Assembly: GCA_036351155.1 (NCBI GenBank)
Contig: JAZBOO010000206.1
Span: 1-45,530 of the forward strand
Source of the DNA: Candidatus Krumholzibacteriia bacterium
GTDB lineage: Bacteria; Krumholzibacteriota; Krumholzibacteriia; LZORAL124-64-63
Length of the DNA: 45,530 nucleotides
Reading direction: 5' to 3'
The notes beneath the pieces are model-generated. The model was not told the DNA's origin and did not search any database. It was given only the letters and a program-made list of their open reading frames with translations. Below are positions 27,875-36,727 of this stretch, in pieces (positions within the stretch are counted from its first letter, which is position 1; every line of letters begins with the position of its first letter). The position numbers and the translations under genes are program-made.

Positions 27875-29671
27875 CTATTGAAAGCGAAGATTCTTGACGA
27901 CTTCCCGATCATCCAGACATCCCACCGGATATATCCCCACCCGCGCGTCATAGTAAGGTGTTTGCTGGTAGAACCAGGTTCGGATAGCCCAGGGATTGGC
28001 GGCAAACCGAGGATCGGCGGCCTTTTTCGCTGCCAGTTTCTCCAGCAACCCTGGGTCCTCCTGGACCATCACGGCAATCATGTCCTCGATCACGTAAGAC
28101 TCCACGTACTCGACGCGCTCGAAAATGGCATCCAGATAGTCCCAGCGCACCAGGGCATCGGGCCCCGCCGGCTCCAGCAGATGGGCCACCACCCGGGCCA
28201 GCGGCTGGTTCATGTCCACCAGGACCGACCCCGCCGGGAAAGCTCGGGTTTCCTTTATCTCGGTGGAAGAAAACTCCACCGGATGATGCCCCTCGTAGGA
28301 CCGCTGACGCCAGGTGGGGTCTTCCAGCCGCCAGGTGCGCACCGCGAGGGTGGTGGGTTCGGCCAGTCGAGAAAAGGCGACCCCGTGCCATTGCAAACGG
28401 TCGATGATGAGCGTCCATTCCGCAGGTACCAGATAGGCCTCCGGCAACTGGGCCGTGCGTTCAGGCACCACCGTCTGGAAAAACTCCAGATCCATGGTGA
28501 CCGGCTGATCCGAAAAATACCGGAACCAATCCCCGCCGGTGACCGGGCTGGTCACCTTCTCGTATTCCACGCCCAGAAAGACGAAGGGCTCGGCTTCATC
28601 GGTCCCTCGAAAAGTGAGGGGGAAGGGATCCGCGCGGAACGACGCCGAGGCGGTCCGGGCATCGGCCGTGGCCACGGCCCGGCGCAGACTCGGCCCCTCG
28701 CTGACAAGCCACTCCAGGGTGTTGACCAGCATGGCGCGTGTCGCGTCCACCCGGACAGGATAGGGCTTGAGCATGTGGGTCTCGATGAGCAGTCCCGGGC
28801 GATTGCGGATGGCCGCATAGCCCTGGCTGAACCTGGGCCCCATCACCCCGGCCTGCAAGCCGCTACGCGGGTCATGCCAGTCCTTGAAGGAAACGTAAGG
28901 TGCGATGAGGTGACCATCCTCCGGCATGGCCTTTTCCATGGCATCGCGATAGTCCCTGGTCCAGGCGCTCAACCCGGGATCCATGTTCCCCCGGACCTCC
29001 AGACCGTAGGTCAGGGTGTACTGATAATCGGCGCCGTCGGTGGAGTGGATGTCCACGAAGAAATCAGGGTCCCAGCTGTTGAATAACCCAAGCCAGGCCT
29101 GCATTTCCGGCGTATCGGCCTTGAGGAAATCCCGGTTCAGATTCAGATTCTGCGCGGTCACCCGCCAGCCCATTTCCTCGGGCCCGTTCTGGTTGATCCG
29201 GTTGTGGGGACCGAAGCGCTCGTGGCCATCGACGTTGAAGATCGGCACGAACACCAGCGTGGTCCGGGCGAGGAGACGGCGCGCCAGCGCCTGGTCCTCG
29301 GCCAGGTCGCGCAGCAACAACATTCCCGCATCCTTGCCACAGGATTCCCCCGCGTGAATACAGGCCTCGACCAGAAGCACCACCCGGTCTTCACGCAACT
29401 GGTGCTCGGAGGCTTCGAAGCGTCCGTCCAGGTCCGCCACCATCACCGGGAGCGTACGTCCCTGAGGGCTGGTGCCGAAGGATCCGAAGGAAAGAATTTC
29501 CGAGCGCGCAGCCAGATCCTCACACCAGGTCATTGTTTCCGCGTAGGTGGGAGTTTTGTTTCCCCCCGATTCCTCGAAGGGCGTCTCCCGGGCGCCCACC
29601 GATCCAGCAGCGAGCCACACCAGAAGAAGAAACAAAAGAGGACGATTCCTGGTGGGAAAAAAGAGAGACAT
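27875..29671 (-). CDS. M14 zinc metallopeptidase
   Basis: Signal peptide; IHAGE (HxxE), NVDG, NLNRDF, DIH. Confidence 0.9.
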   Translation of the reverse strand: MSLFFPTRNRPLLFLLLVWLAAGSVGARETPFEESGGNKTPTYAETMTWCEDLAARSEILSFGSFGTSPQGRTLPVMVADLDGRFEASEHQLREDRVVLLVEACIHAGESCGKDAGMLLLRDLAEDQALARRLLARTTLVFVPIFNVDGHERFGPHNRINQNGPEEMGWRVTAQNLNLNRDFLKADTPEMQAWLGLFNSWDPDFFVDIHSTDGADYQYTLTYGLEVRGNMDPGLSAWTRDYRDAMEKAMPEDGHLIAPYVSFKDWHDPRSGLQAGVMGPRFSQGYAAIRNRPGLLIETHMLKPYPVRVDATRAMLVNTLEWLVSEGPSLRRAVATADARTASASFRADPFPLTFRGTDEAEPFVFLGVEYEKVTSPVTGGDWFRYFSDQPVTMDLEFFQTVVPERTAQLPEAYLVPAEWTLIIDRLQWHGVAFSRLAEPTTLAVRTWRLEDPTWRQRSYEGHHPVEFSSTEIKETRAFPAGSVLVDMNQPLARVVAHLLEPAGPDALVRWDYLDAIFERVEYVESYVIEDMIAVMVQEDPGLLEKLAAKKAADPRFAANPWAIRTWFYQQTPYYDARVGIYPVGCLDDREVVKNLRFQ

Positions 29672-29920
29672 GCCGGCACTCCGCTCCAGAGGGTGGAAAG
29701 AAATTCAGGTCTCCAAAACTAGGACAGAGAGCCAGGGACGGGCAAGTTTCCCTTTTCGCGAGGGACCAGGGCCTTCAGGTCACTCGGAACATCCTGATCC
29801 GGCGTTTTCATGATGGCGAAATAATTGTTGATCCTGCGCGCCAAGACATTACTCTATGCCCGATGTACTTCCCCCGTCATTTCCGATGGGGGAAATTTTC
29901 AAGGGGCTCAAGGACATAGA

Positions 29921-29938
29921 AAACATGTTGACATGTTT
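29921..29938 (+). promoter_or_regulatory. Palindrome overlapping a TTGACA -35 upstream of the porin leader
   Basis: AAACATG-TTGA-CATGTTT. Confidence 0.45.
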
Positions 29939-30356
29939 GTCCTGTTCCCAAGAAAATGCAGTCAGGCACAGGTTGTGCATGGGCATGACTTCGATCTCAA
30001 CCCGCAGGGTCGGCACTTCCCAGGGAGTCGGATTCCTGGCGGGGAAAGAGTGAATGCAGACTGTGACTCTCAGCTATGGTGGTCCTCAAGCTCACCCGAA
30101 CGCGGTTCGGAGTGGCTGAGGTCTATCTGCGTGCGGGCTCAGCTGCATTGACTTCGAGGTGATCCTACAACCTGAAATATGGAGAGATGCCACCACCGGT
30201 GGCCACGAATTGTCTGTCACGGACATTGGGGTTCGTGATGGCCAAGTTCGAAGTTTCCCGGGTCCCCGATCCCGAGGGAAGCCTCGAAGTTTCCCGAGGC
30301 CTTGCCTGAAACAGGGCTGACGGAAATTACCCCAGTGGATTTCAAGGAGGTCCAAA

Positions 30357-31400
30357 TTGTTTAACAAGAAGATGATTCTGACCCTGGTCCTGCTGACCGC
30401 TCTGGTCGCGGGTATGGCTCACGCCGGAGATTACAAGATCTACGGCAAGCTGCACACCTCGATCAACATGGTCAACGACAGCGAAGACAGCCAGATCGGC
30501 CTGTCCAGCAACACCTCGCGCTTCGGCGTCAAGGGTGCCCAGGAACTGAACGAGAACTTCACCTTCATCTGGCAGTTCGAGCAGATGCTGAACATCGCCC
30601 AGAAGGGTTCCGAGACCCTGGCGAACCGTAACAGCTTCGTCGGCATGAAGGGCGACTGGGGCCAGGTGCGCTTCGGTATCCACGACACCCCCTTCAAGAC
30701 CCTGGGTCGCAAGACCACGTTCTTCAAGGACACCGTGGGTGACAACCGTGCTGTCACCATGGGCTGGGACCGGCGTCTGAGCGACATCGCTGCCTACGTC
30801 AGCCCCGACTTCAACGGCTTCAGCTTCTTTGCTGCTTACCACATGGACCAGGCTCCCCTGGGCGCCGAGGAAGCTGCCTCGGCCTACAGCGCCAACGCCA
30901 TGTACAACAAGGACGGCATCCTCATCGGTGCGGCCATTGAGACCCTGTCCAAGGGCTTCGCCTCCGACGGCGAAGGCGGCTATGGCGAAAGCCAGATGGG
31001 TATGCGCTTTGCCGGTAAGTACACCGCCGAGAAGTTCGCGGTGGCGGCCATGTTCCAGAGCCTGAGCGATGTGGGCGGCGTTGCTGACCTGAGCGCGACC
31101 ACCATGGGTGGCGAGGCCATGTTCCAGTTCGACCCCATGTTCGCCTTCAAGCTGGCCTACTTCATGGCTGACCCCAACACCGACGCCGACGACGATGAGT
31201 ACAACCTGCTGGCCATCGGTGTGGACCACACCTACGCCAAGAACGTCACCTTCTACATCCAGTACGCGATGATGATGAACGGTGATGCTCAGGGTATGGG
31301 CATCGGCGGCAACGGCTTCGGTAGCTCCGTGCCTTACGGCGGCATGGAAGGCGGCGAAAGCCCCACCGGCATCAGCGTGGGTACTTTCTTCACCTTCTAG
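30357..31400 (+). CDS. Gram-negative trimeric-type porin
   Basis: AAGGAGG RBS + TTG start; signal peptide; IYGKL, SRFGVKG, RNSFVG, G..RFG.HDTP, YVSP; terminal Phe. Confidence 0.9.
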   Translation: MFNKKMILTLVLLTALVAGMAHAGDYKIYGKLHTSINMVNDSEDSQIGLSSNTSRFGVKGAQELNENFTFIWQFEQMLNIAQKGSETLANRNSFVGMKGDWGQVRFGIHDTPFKTLGRKTTFFKDTVGDNRAVTMGWDRRLSDIAAYVSPDFNGFSFFAAYHMDQAPLGAEEAASAYSANAMYNKDGILIGAAIETLSKGFASDGEGGYGESQMGMRFAGKYTAEKFAVAAMFQSLSDVGGVADLSATTMGGEAMFQFDPMFAFKLAYFMADPNTDADDDEYNLLAIGVDHTYAKNVTFYIQYAMMMNGDAQGMGIGGNGFGSSVPYGGMEGGESPTGISVGTFFTF

Positions 31401-31435
31401 TTCTCAGGAACCGGAAATCACCTTCGGGTGAGCTG

Positions 31436-31463
31436 GCCCCGGGCTTCGGCCCGGGGCTTTTTT
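31436..31463 (+). terminator. Intrinsic terminator after the porin
   Basis: GCCCCGGGC-TTCG-GCCCGGGGC followed by T6. Confidence 0.9.
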
Positions 31464-31543
31464 GTGCCCTGCTATTTATTGATTGAATTTGTTCAAAATT
31501 CTGAGAATGTGGTGTCACACCATTTGCCATCAGGAGGGCACTC

Positions 31544-32119
31544 ATGAAATTTTTGCTGTTGGTCGTGTTCACCTTCGTCCTCACCCTCGCTCCTCTGGGA
31601 GCCCTGGCCGGTTCTGAACTGGGCGTGGCCGTGGGATATTCCGTGCCCACCGGCAGCATGACCGATGAGGCCAAGGGAGGACCGCAGTTCGGTGCCAATT
31701 TCGGGCTTCAGGCCGGGCCCCAGGTCATGATCGGCGCCGAGGTCTTCTACAACATGTATGGCCTGAGCGATGAGATGCAGGACCTCGTGGACGAGACCCT
31801 GGGCTCCAGCGGCGACCTGGACCTGACCGTGACCCAGTACACCCTGTACTCGCGTGTCAACCTGTTGCCGGCGGCCTCGACCTTGTACGCCAAGTTCTGC
31901 GCGGGTATGTACAGGTCGGCGGCCACGGCCAGCCAGGGCGATATCGACATCACCACCGACTCCACCGACTTCGGCCTGGGCGCCGGCCTGGGTTACCAGT
32001 TCTTCGGGCTGGGCAACACCGGCGGCTTCGGTGAAGTCATGTATCACAGCATCCTGAGCGATGGCGAAACCGCCATCTACCTGGACTTCCGGGCCGGAGT
32101 GGCCTTCCGGTTCCTGTAG
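31544..32119 (+). CDS. Small outer-membrane beta-barrel protein
   Basis: Signal peptide; alternating strands (FGLGAGLGYQF); ends AGVAFRFL. Confidence 0.8.
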   Translation: MKFLLLVVFTFVLTLAPLGALAGSELGVAVGYSVPTGSMTDEAKGGPQFGANFGLQAGPQVMIGAEVFYNMYGLSDEMQDLVDETLGSSGDLDLTVTQYTLYSRVNLLPAASTLYAKFCAGMYRSAATASQGDIDITTDSTDFGLGAGLGYQFFGLGNTGGFGEVMYHSILSDGETAIYLDFRAGVAFRFL

Positions 32120-32133
32120 ACCGAAATAGGCGT

Positions 32134-32174
32134 GAAAAAGCCCGGCCCCTGTGATGAGGGAGCCGGGCTTTTTC
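32134..32174. terminator. Bidirectional terminator
   Basis: AAAAAGCCCGGC...GCCGGGCTTTTT between convergent genes. Confidence 0.85.
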
Positions 32175-32186
32175 TGTCAGATCGTC

Positions 32187-33080
32187 CTACTTCTTCTTGA
32201 TGCGGATATCTCCGCTGAACGAGTTGATTTCCACCTCGGCATCGCCCCCACCCATGGAGAACTCCAGCTCGCGACCGGGAGCATAGCGGCTGGTCTTGCG
32301 CGCTTTTTGCCCGAACTCGTTGTCGATACCGCCATTGAACGTGGTGACCTCGAAGGTGGCGCTCACATCGCCGGGCACCATCAAGGTGATCGATCCGCTG
32401 ACCGTATCGAATGAGAACTCACCCTTGGGGTGCAGGTCACCCAGGGCCACCACCGTACCGGACACCGACTCCACGGACAGCTCCAGGAACTTGTGGAACT
32501 CCAGCTGGATAGCCCCGGACACCGATGCAGCCTCAACTTCGGCTTCCTCGCCCTTGACCAGGACCTTTCCACTGATGGACTCGGCCATGATCTGGCGCGC
32601 CCCTGAATCCACTTCCACCGTCCCGCTGATGGACTCGGCCTCGACCGATTCACAATCCCCGGTCACCGTGACATCGCCGCTGATGGACGAGGCTTCCACC
32701 TGTCCCTTGACCTTGGTCACGGTCACCCAGGCGCTCACGCCCTCGACCGAAACCCGGCTGCCCTCGGGAACATGAATCACCAGCTCGGCGCCATCGGTGA
32801 TGTTGCGCATCTTGCGCGGGTAAATCACCTCGATCACGCTTTTCTTGTTGCCGGTCTTGAATTCCAGCTCTTCCACGTCGTCGCCCAGGGTGCCCTCGAG
32901 TTTGACCTCGTTCTTGCCCCAGCCGATCACCTCGATGCTGCCGACCATGTTCTCGATGTAGACCACCCCTTGGGCCGAGGCTTTCCCGGTGCGCTCCACT
33001 TTCTCGCCGGCCACGGCCGTGCCCAGCATGAGCAACAGCCCCAGTGCGCACAGGATCGAGAGTGTCATCTTCCGTTTCAT
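32187..33080 (-). CDS. DUF4097-like beta-strand repeat protein
   Basis: Signal peptide; repeated S(I/V)SG motifs; RBS AGGAGG. Confidence 0.85.
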   Translation of the reverse strand: MKRKMTLSILCALGLLLMLGTAVAGEKVERTGKASAQGVVYIENMVGSIEVIGWGKNEVKLEGTLGDDVEELEFKTGNKKSVIEVIYPRKMRNITDGAELVIHVPEGSRVSVEGVSAWVTVTKVKGQVEASSISGDVTVTGDCESVEAESISGTVEVDSGARQIMAESISGKVLVKGEEAEVEAASVSGAIQLEFHKFLELSVESVSGTVVALGDLHPKGEFSFDTVSGSITLMVPGDVSATFEVTTFNGGIDNEFGQKARKTSRYAPGRELEFSMGGGDAEVEINSFSGDIRIKKK

Positions 33081-33149
33081 CTTGATGCCTCCTGTCAGTG
33101 TTTCAGCCTCTATTTGTATCTTCAAAATATTCATGGGTTCCGTATGCCC

Positions 33150-33611
33150 TTACAAGTTGAGTGTATTGTGTCGCAGGATATCGGCGCGAGATCGATGCAC
33201 CAGCAACACCAGGCGAGACAGATTGCGATTCTCGGGATCCAGGCTCAAGGCCTGGTTCAACTCGCCCAGGGTGTGGTCCAGTTTCTCCAGGGAGGATGCG
33301 CCTGGATCGATTTCTGCAGCAAGGAAGGATGCTCCTGGATTGAAGGCCAGGTCCGCCGGCTGTCCATCCGGCCCCTGCATTCCCACATAGCCCAGCCCCA
33401 GCGCCACGGCCAGGGTGGCCGCCACGGCGACCAGGCGCCACATCCGGCCCTGAGGTGGGCGCCTCGTCAGCAAGGGTTGCTGTTCCACCTTGTCCAGGGC
33501 GGCGTCGATTTCCGGCCACAGGTCTCGACCCGGGGCGACTCCCTGATCTCTCAAGGTGTGCGCCACCTGGGAAACCTGCCGGTCCAGAGGGTTTTGATGT
33601 TTCTGACTCAT
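33150..33611 (-). CDS. Putative anti-sigma factor
   Basis: P.RDLWPEI motif, TM, ALSLDPEN; ATGA overlap with the ECF gene. Confidence 0.75.
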   Translation of the reverse strand: MSQKHQNPLDRQVSQVAHTLRDQGVAPGRDLWPEIDAALDKVEQQPLLTRRPPQGRMWRLVAVAATLAVALGLGYVGMQGPDGQPADLAFNPGASFLAAEIDPGASSLEKLDHTLGELNQALSLDPENRNLSRLVLLVHRSRADILRHNTLNL

Positions 33612-34213
33612 GATCCTATCCCTTTGTTTTCGCTCAAGATATCCCGCAACAACCGGCGCGCCCGATGCAGCTGCGCCTTCACCGTCCCGGTGGCCACATT
33701 CATCAATGCGGCGATTTCCCTCTGAGCATAGCCCTCGACTTCGGACAGAACGAAAACCGTGCGAGCACCCGCCGGTAGCTGGGCAATGCCCCGGTCCAGA
33801 TCCATGGCCGTCAGCAGAGGCACCACGCTGCCGCTGTGGACTTGCCGCTCTTCGTACAGGCGGCCGCTCTCTTCGGCCAGTTTCTCCCGGCGGGCCAGTT
33901 GCCGGAACTGATCCCGCTGGAGATTGACGGCAATTCGAGCCAACCAGCCACCCAGATTTCCCCGCCCTGTGTAGCCACCCATCGAGGTCCAGGCCTTGAT
34001 GAAGGTGTCCTGGGTCAGGGTGTCCGCCGCCACCGGGTCGGCCGTCAGCCGCAGGCAAAGCCCATAAACCCGATTGACGTGACGGCGATAGATCGTCTCG
34101 AAAGCCAGTCGGTCACCTGTTGCTGACCTTTCGGCCAGGTCCAGGTCCGACACCTCAGGAGCCGATTCCCTTGGCTGTCCCGGTTTCTCTTTTGGGCTCG
34201 AAATGAACAGCAT
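33608..34213 (-). CDS. ECF RNA polymerase sigma factor
   Basis: LTQDTFIKAW, WLARIAVN, EGY..REIA, GTVKAQLHRAR. Confidence 0.92.
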   Translation of the reverse strand: MLFISSPKEKPGQPRESAPEVSDLDLAERSATGDRLAFETIYRRHVNRVYGLCLRLTADPVAADTLTQDTFIKAWTSMGGYTGRGNLGGWLARIAVNLQRDQFRQLARREKLAEESGRLYEERQVHSGSVVPLLTAMDLDRGIAQLPAGARTVFVLSEVEGYAQREIAALMNVATGTVKAQLHRARRLLRDILSENKGIGS

Positions 34214-34255
34214 GGCTCGTTCCTGGGGTCAACTGGTGATCGATTCCTCGTACAT

Positions 34256-34283
34256 AAGACGAGTTTGGGGGGCAAAGGGTTTA
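34256..34283 (-). promoter_or_regulatory. Candidate ECF autoregulatory promoter
   Basis: Minus strand TAAACC-N16-CGTCTT (AAC...CGT pattern). Confidence 0.55.
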
Positions 34284-34299
34284 AAATCCTTAATTTTAA

Positions 34300-34329
34300 T
34301 TGGCGAGCAGGAATCATTACCGCTAGAAT
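34300..34329 (+). promoter_or_regulatory. Candidate sigma70 promoter with Fur/PerR-like box
   Basis: TTGGCG-N18-TAGAAT enclosing GGAATCATTACC. Confidence 0.5.
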
Positions 34330-34371
34330 AGTGTATCGAGGAGCACCAAGCCCCCGGGAAAAGGAGTCCGT

Positions 34372-34770
34372 ATGGACACCACCAGGCAACGCCGCAATAC
34401 ACCTCAGCGCCGGGTCATTCTGGAAGAGCTCCAGGGACTGACCTCTCATCCCACCGCGGCTGAACTGTTTTCCCTGGTCCGGCAAAAGCTGCCCCGGATC
34501 AGCCTGGGAACCGTGTACCGGAACCTGGAAGTCCTGCACCAGGACGGCCAGCTCATCAAGCTGGAACTGGCCGGTGCCGAGACCCGTTTTGACGGCAACA
34601 CCACACCTCATCTGCATATCCGCTGCACCGCCTGCGGGGCAGTGAGAGACGTGATGAGCGCCACGCCTCCGCCCGAACCACCCATCGAGCTGGAGGGATT
34701 CGAGGTGCACGGCTGCCGTACCGAGTTTTTTGGAATTTGTCCCGACTGCCGGCCCTCGGTCCGGCACTAA
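34372..34770 (+). CDS. Fur-family regulator, probably PerR
   Basis: TPQR, HPTA, ISLGTVYRNL, H.H..CTAC, CPDC; adjacent to a peroxiredoxin. Confidence 0.9.
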   Translation: MDTTRQRRNTPQRRVILEELQGLTSHPTAAELFSLVRQKLPRISLGTVYRNLEVLHQDGQLIKLELAGAETRFDGNTTPHLHIRCTACGAVRDVMSATPPPEPPIELEGFEVHGCRTEFFGICPDCRPSVRH

Positions 34771-34876
34771 TCAGCCACTGCTCTTGCTGCCGGCTCAGGT
34801 CGGCCCATTGACATTTGTTCACACAGGTGTGCCACCGAGGTGCGCCATCACCAACCATTGCCAAGGAGAGAATAAT

Positions 34877-35494
34877 ATGGACAACCTGGACTTCGACTTC
34901 ATCCCCATGCCCCTGGTTTCCACCGAGGCCCCCGAGTTCGAGGCCACGGCGGTCATGCCGGACAACACCTTCAAGAGCGACTTCAAACTTTCCGACCTGC
35001 GCGGCAAGTACGTGGCGATGTTCTTCTATCCCCTGGACTTCACCTTCGTGTGCCCCAGCGAAATCATCGCGTTCGACAAGATGCTCGAGGAGTTCAAGAG
35101 CCGGAACTGCGAGGTCATCGGCGTGAGCACCGACAGCCACTTCAGCCACCTGGCCTGGAAGAACACTCCCGTGGAAAACGGCGGCATCGGCAACGTCCAG
35201 TTCCCCCTGGTGGCCGATTTCCAGAAGACCATCAGCCAGGACTACGGTCTGCTTCTCGAGGGTGGCATGGCTCTGCGCGGCACCTTCCTGATCGACAAGG
35301 ACGGCGTGGTGCAGTCTGCCGTGGTGAACAACCTGGGCCTGGGCCGCAACGTCGACGAGACCCTGCGTACCCTGGACGCCCTGCAGCACCTGGAGGAGCA
35401 CGGGGAAGTGTGCCCCGCCAACTGGAAGAAGGGCGACGACGCCATGACTCCCACCGCCGAGGGTGTGGCGAAGTACCTGAGCGACCACAAGTAG
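34877..35494 (+). CDS. ahpC: 2-Cys peroxiredoxin AhpC/Tsa
   Basis: FFYPLDFTFVCPSE and GEVCPANW. Confidence 0.93.
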   Translation: MDNLDFDFIPMPLVSTEAPEFEATAVMPDNTFKSDFKLSDLRGKYVAMFFYPLDFTFVCPSEIIAFDKMLEEFKSRNCEVIGVSTDSHFSHLAWKNTPVENGGIGNVQFPLVADFQKTISQDYGLLLEGGMALRGTFLIDKDGVVQSAVVNNLGLGRNVDETLRTLDALQHLEEHGEVCPANWKKGDDAMTPTAEGVAKYLSDHK

Positions 35495-35602
35495 GTCCAC
35501 AAGTATAGATCCAGAAAAATTCCCGGGTTGTCCTCGCCCTGATCCTTCGGATCAGAGCTGCGGATTACCCGGGATTTTTTCTGGATCCATACTCGTGGAC
35601 CT
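35491..35602. repeat. Palindromic extragenic element, copy 1
   Basis: 36-bp arms (33/36 complementary) around a 38-nt core shared with 41778-41889. Confidence 0.85.
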
Positions 35603-35613
35603 TGCTGGTGGAC

Positions 35614-36696
35614 TTACCGGAACCAGCCCTTTCGGCGGAACCACAGCACCATTCCCACAGCTGCCGTCAACATCACACCCAGGGCGGTCGGGTACCCGTA
35701 GGCCCAGCCCAGTTCGGGCATGTTCCACCGCGAAACCTCGGGGTCGAAGTTCATCCCGTACAGGCCGGCCACGAAGGAGAGGGGAATGAAGATGGTGGCG
35801 ATGATCGTCAGCACCTTCATCACCTCGTTCATGCGCTGGCTGAGCAAGGACAGGTGCAGGTTCATCAGACCGGTGGTCATTTCTCGGTAAGATTCGATCA
35901 GGTCGAAGGCATGCCGGGCATGGTCCTGGCAATCCCGCAGGTGTAGACGCGTCGTTTCATCGAAGTAGGAATTTTCCTCACGCATCATCACCGCCAGCGC
36001 ATCCCGGAGCGGCCCCACGTAGCGCCGCAGGGTCACCAGTGCGTGGCTCAGGTCGTGCAGCTGGGACCCCGGTTTGCGATTCTCCTCGGACAGAAGTTCC
36101 AGTTCCAGGTCTTCCAGGCGCTGCCCCGCACTTTCCAGCAGCGGAAAATACGAGTCGATCAGGGCATCGAAAATGGCGTAGGCCAGATAACCCGACCCGC
36201 CTTGCCTGATGCGGGGCCGTCCCGCCCTGATCCTCTCCCTGATGCCCCCGAAGCAGTCCCCCGCCGTTTCCTGGATGGTCAGAACATAGCCTTCGCCCAT
36301 GAAGAAGCTGAGCTGTTCCGTTTCCAGAATCGTCTGGGACATGGGCATCCTGGCCACCATGTACTGGTGGTCGATGTAGTCCTCGAACTTGGGTCTCTGG
36401 GGCAGGTTGAGAGAGTCTTCCAGGGCCAGTCGATGCAGCGAGAAAATCTCACCCAGCCTCTCGAGAAGATCGACACCCGCCAACCCCACCAGGTTCAACC
36501 AGACCACCGGGAACCTGGACTGCAGGTCCGGCAGGTCGTCGAGGCTAAGGTCTTCGATCTCGACCAGCTCATCCGGGGAATAGGCCATGGCCGAAAGCCT
36601 GGAGGGGCCTGCTCCTTCCGGTGCGGTCAATACCCCGGGGGCTGCACCGGTGATTCCCGGCCGCACGATGGGCAATCTTTTTTGCCTTCTGCGCAT
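35614..36696 (-). CDS. corA: Mg/Co transporter CorA
   Basis: LHRLALED, QRPK, MNEVMKVLT, YGMNF, MPEL. Confidence 0.93.
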   Translation of the reverse strand: MRRRQKRLPIVRPGITGAAPGVLTAPEGAGPSRLSAMAYSPDELVEIEDLSLDDLPDLQSRFPVVWLNLVGLAGVDLLERLGEIFSLHRLALEDSLNLPQRPKFEDYIDHQYMVARMPMSQTILETEQLSFFMGEGYVLTIQETAGDCFGGIRERIRAGRPRIRQGGSGYLAYAIFDALIDSYFPLLESAGQRLEDLELELLSEENRKPGSQLHDLSHALVTLRRYVGPLRDALAVMMREENSYFDETTRLHLRDCQDHARHAFDLIESYREMTTGLMNLHLSLLSQRMNEVMKVLTIIATIFIPLSFVAGLYGMNFDPEVSRWNMPELGWAYGYPTALGVMLTAAVGMVLWFRRKGWFR

Positions 36697-36727
36697 GGCT
36701 ATCCCTTCCTGTTGAGTCAGCGCTCCA

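Noticed and set aside
29825..30151. Short ORFs in the porin upstream region
   Set aside because: Atypical codon usage, no RBS or motifs; better explained as regulatory sequence
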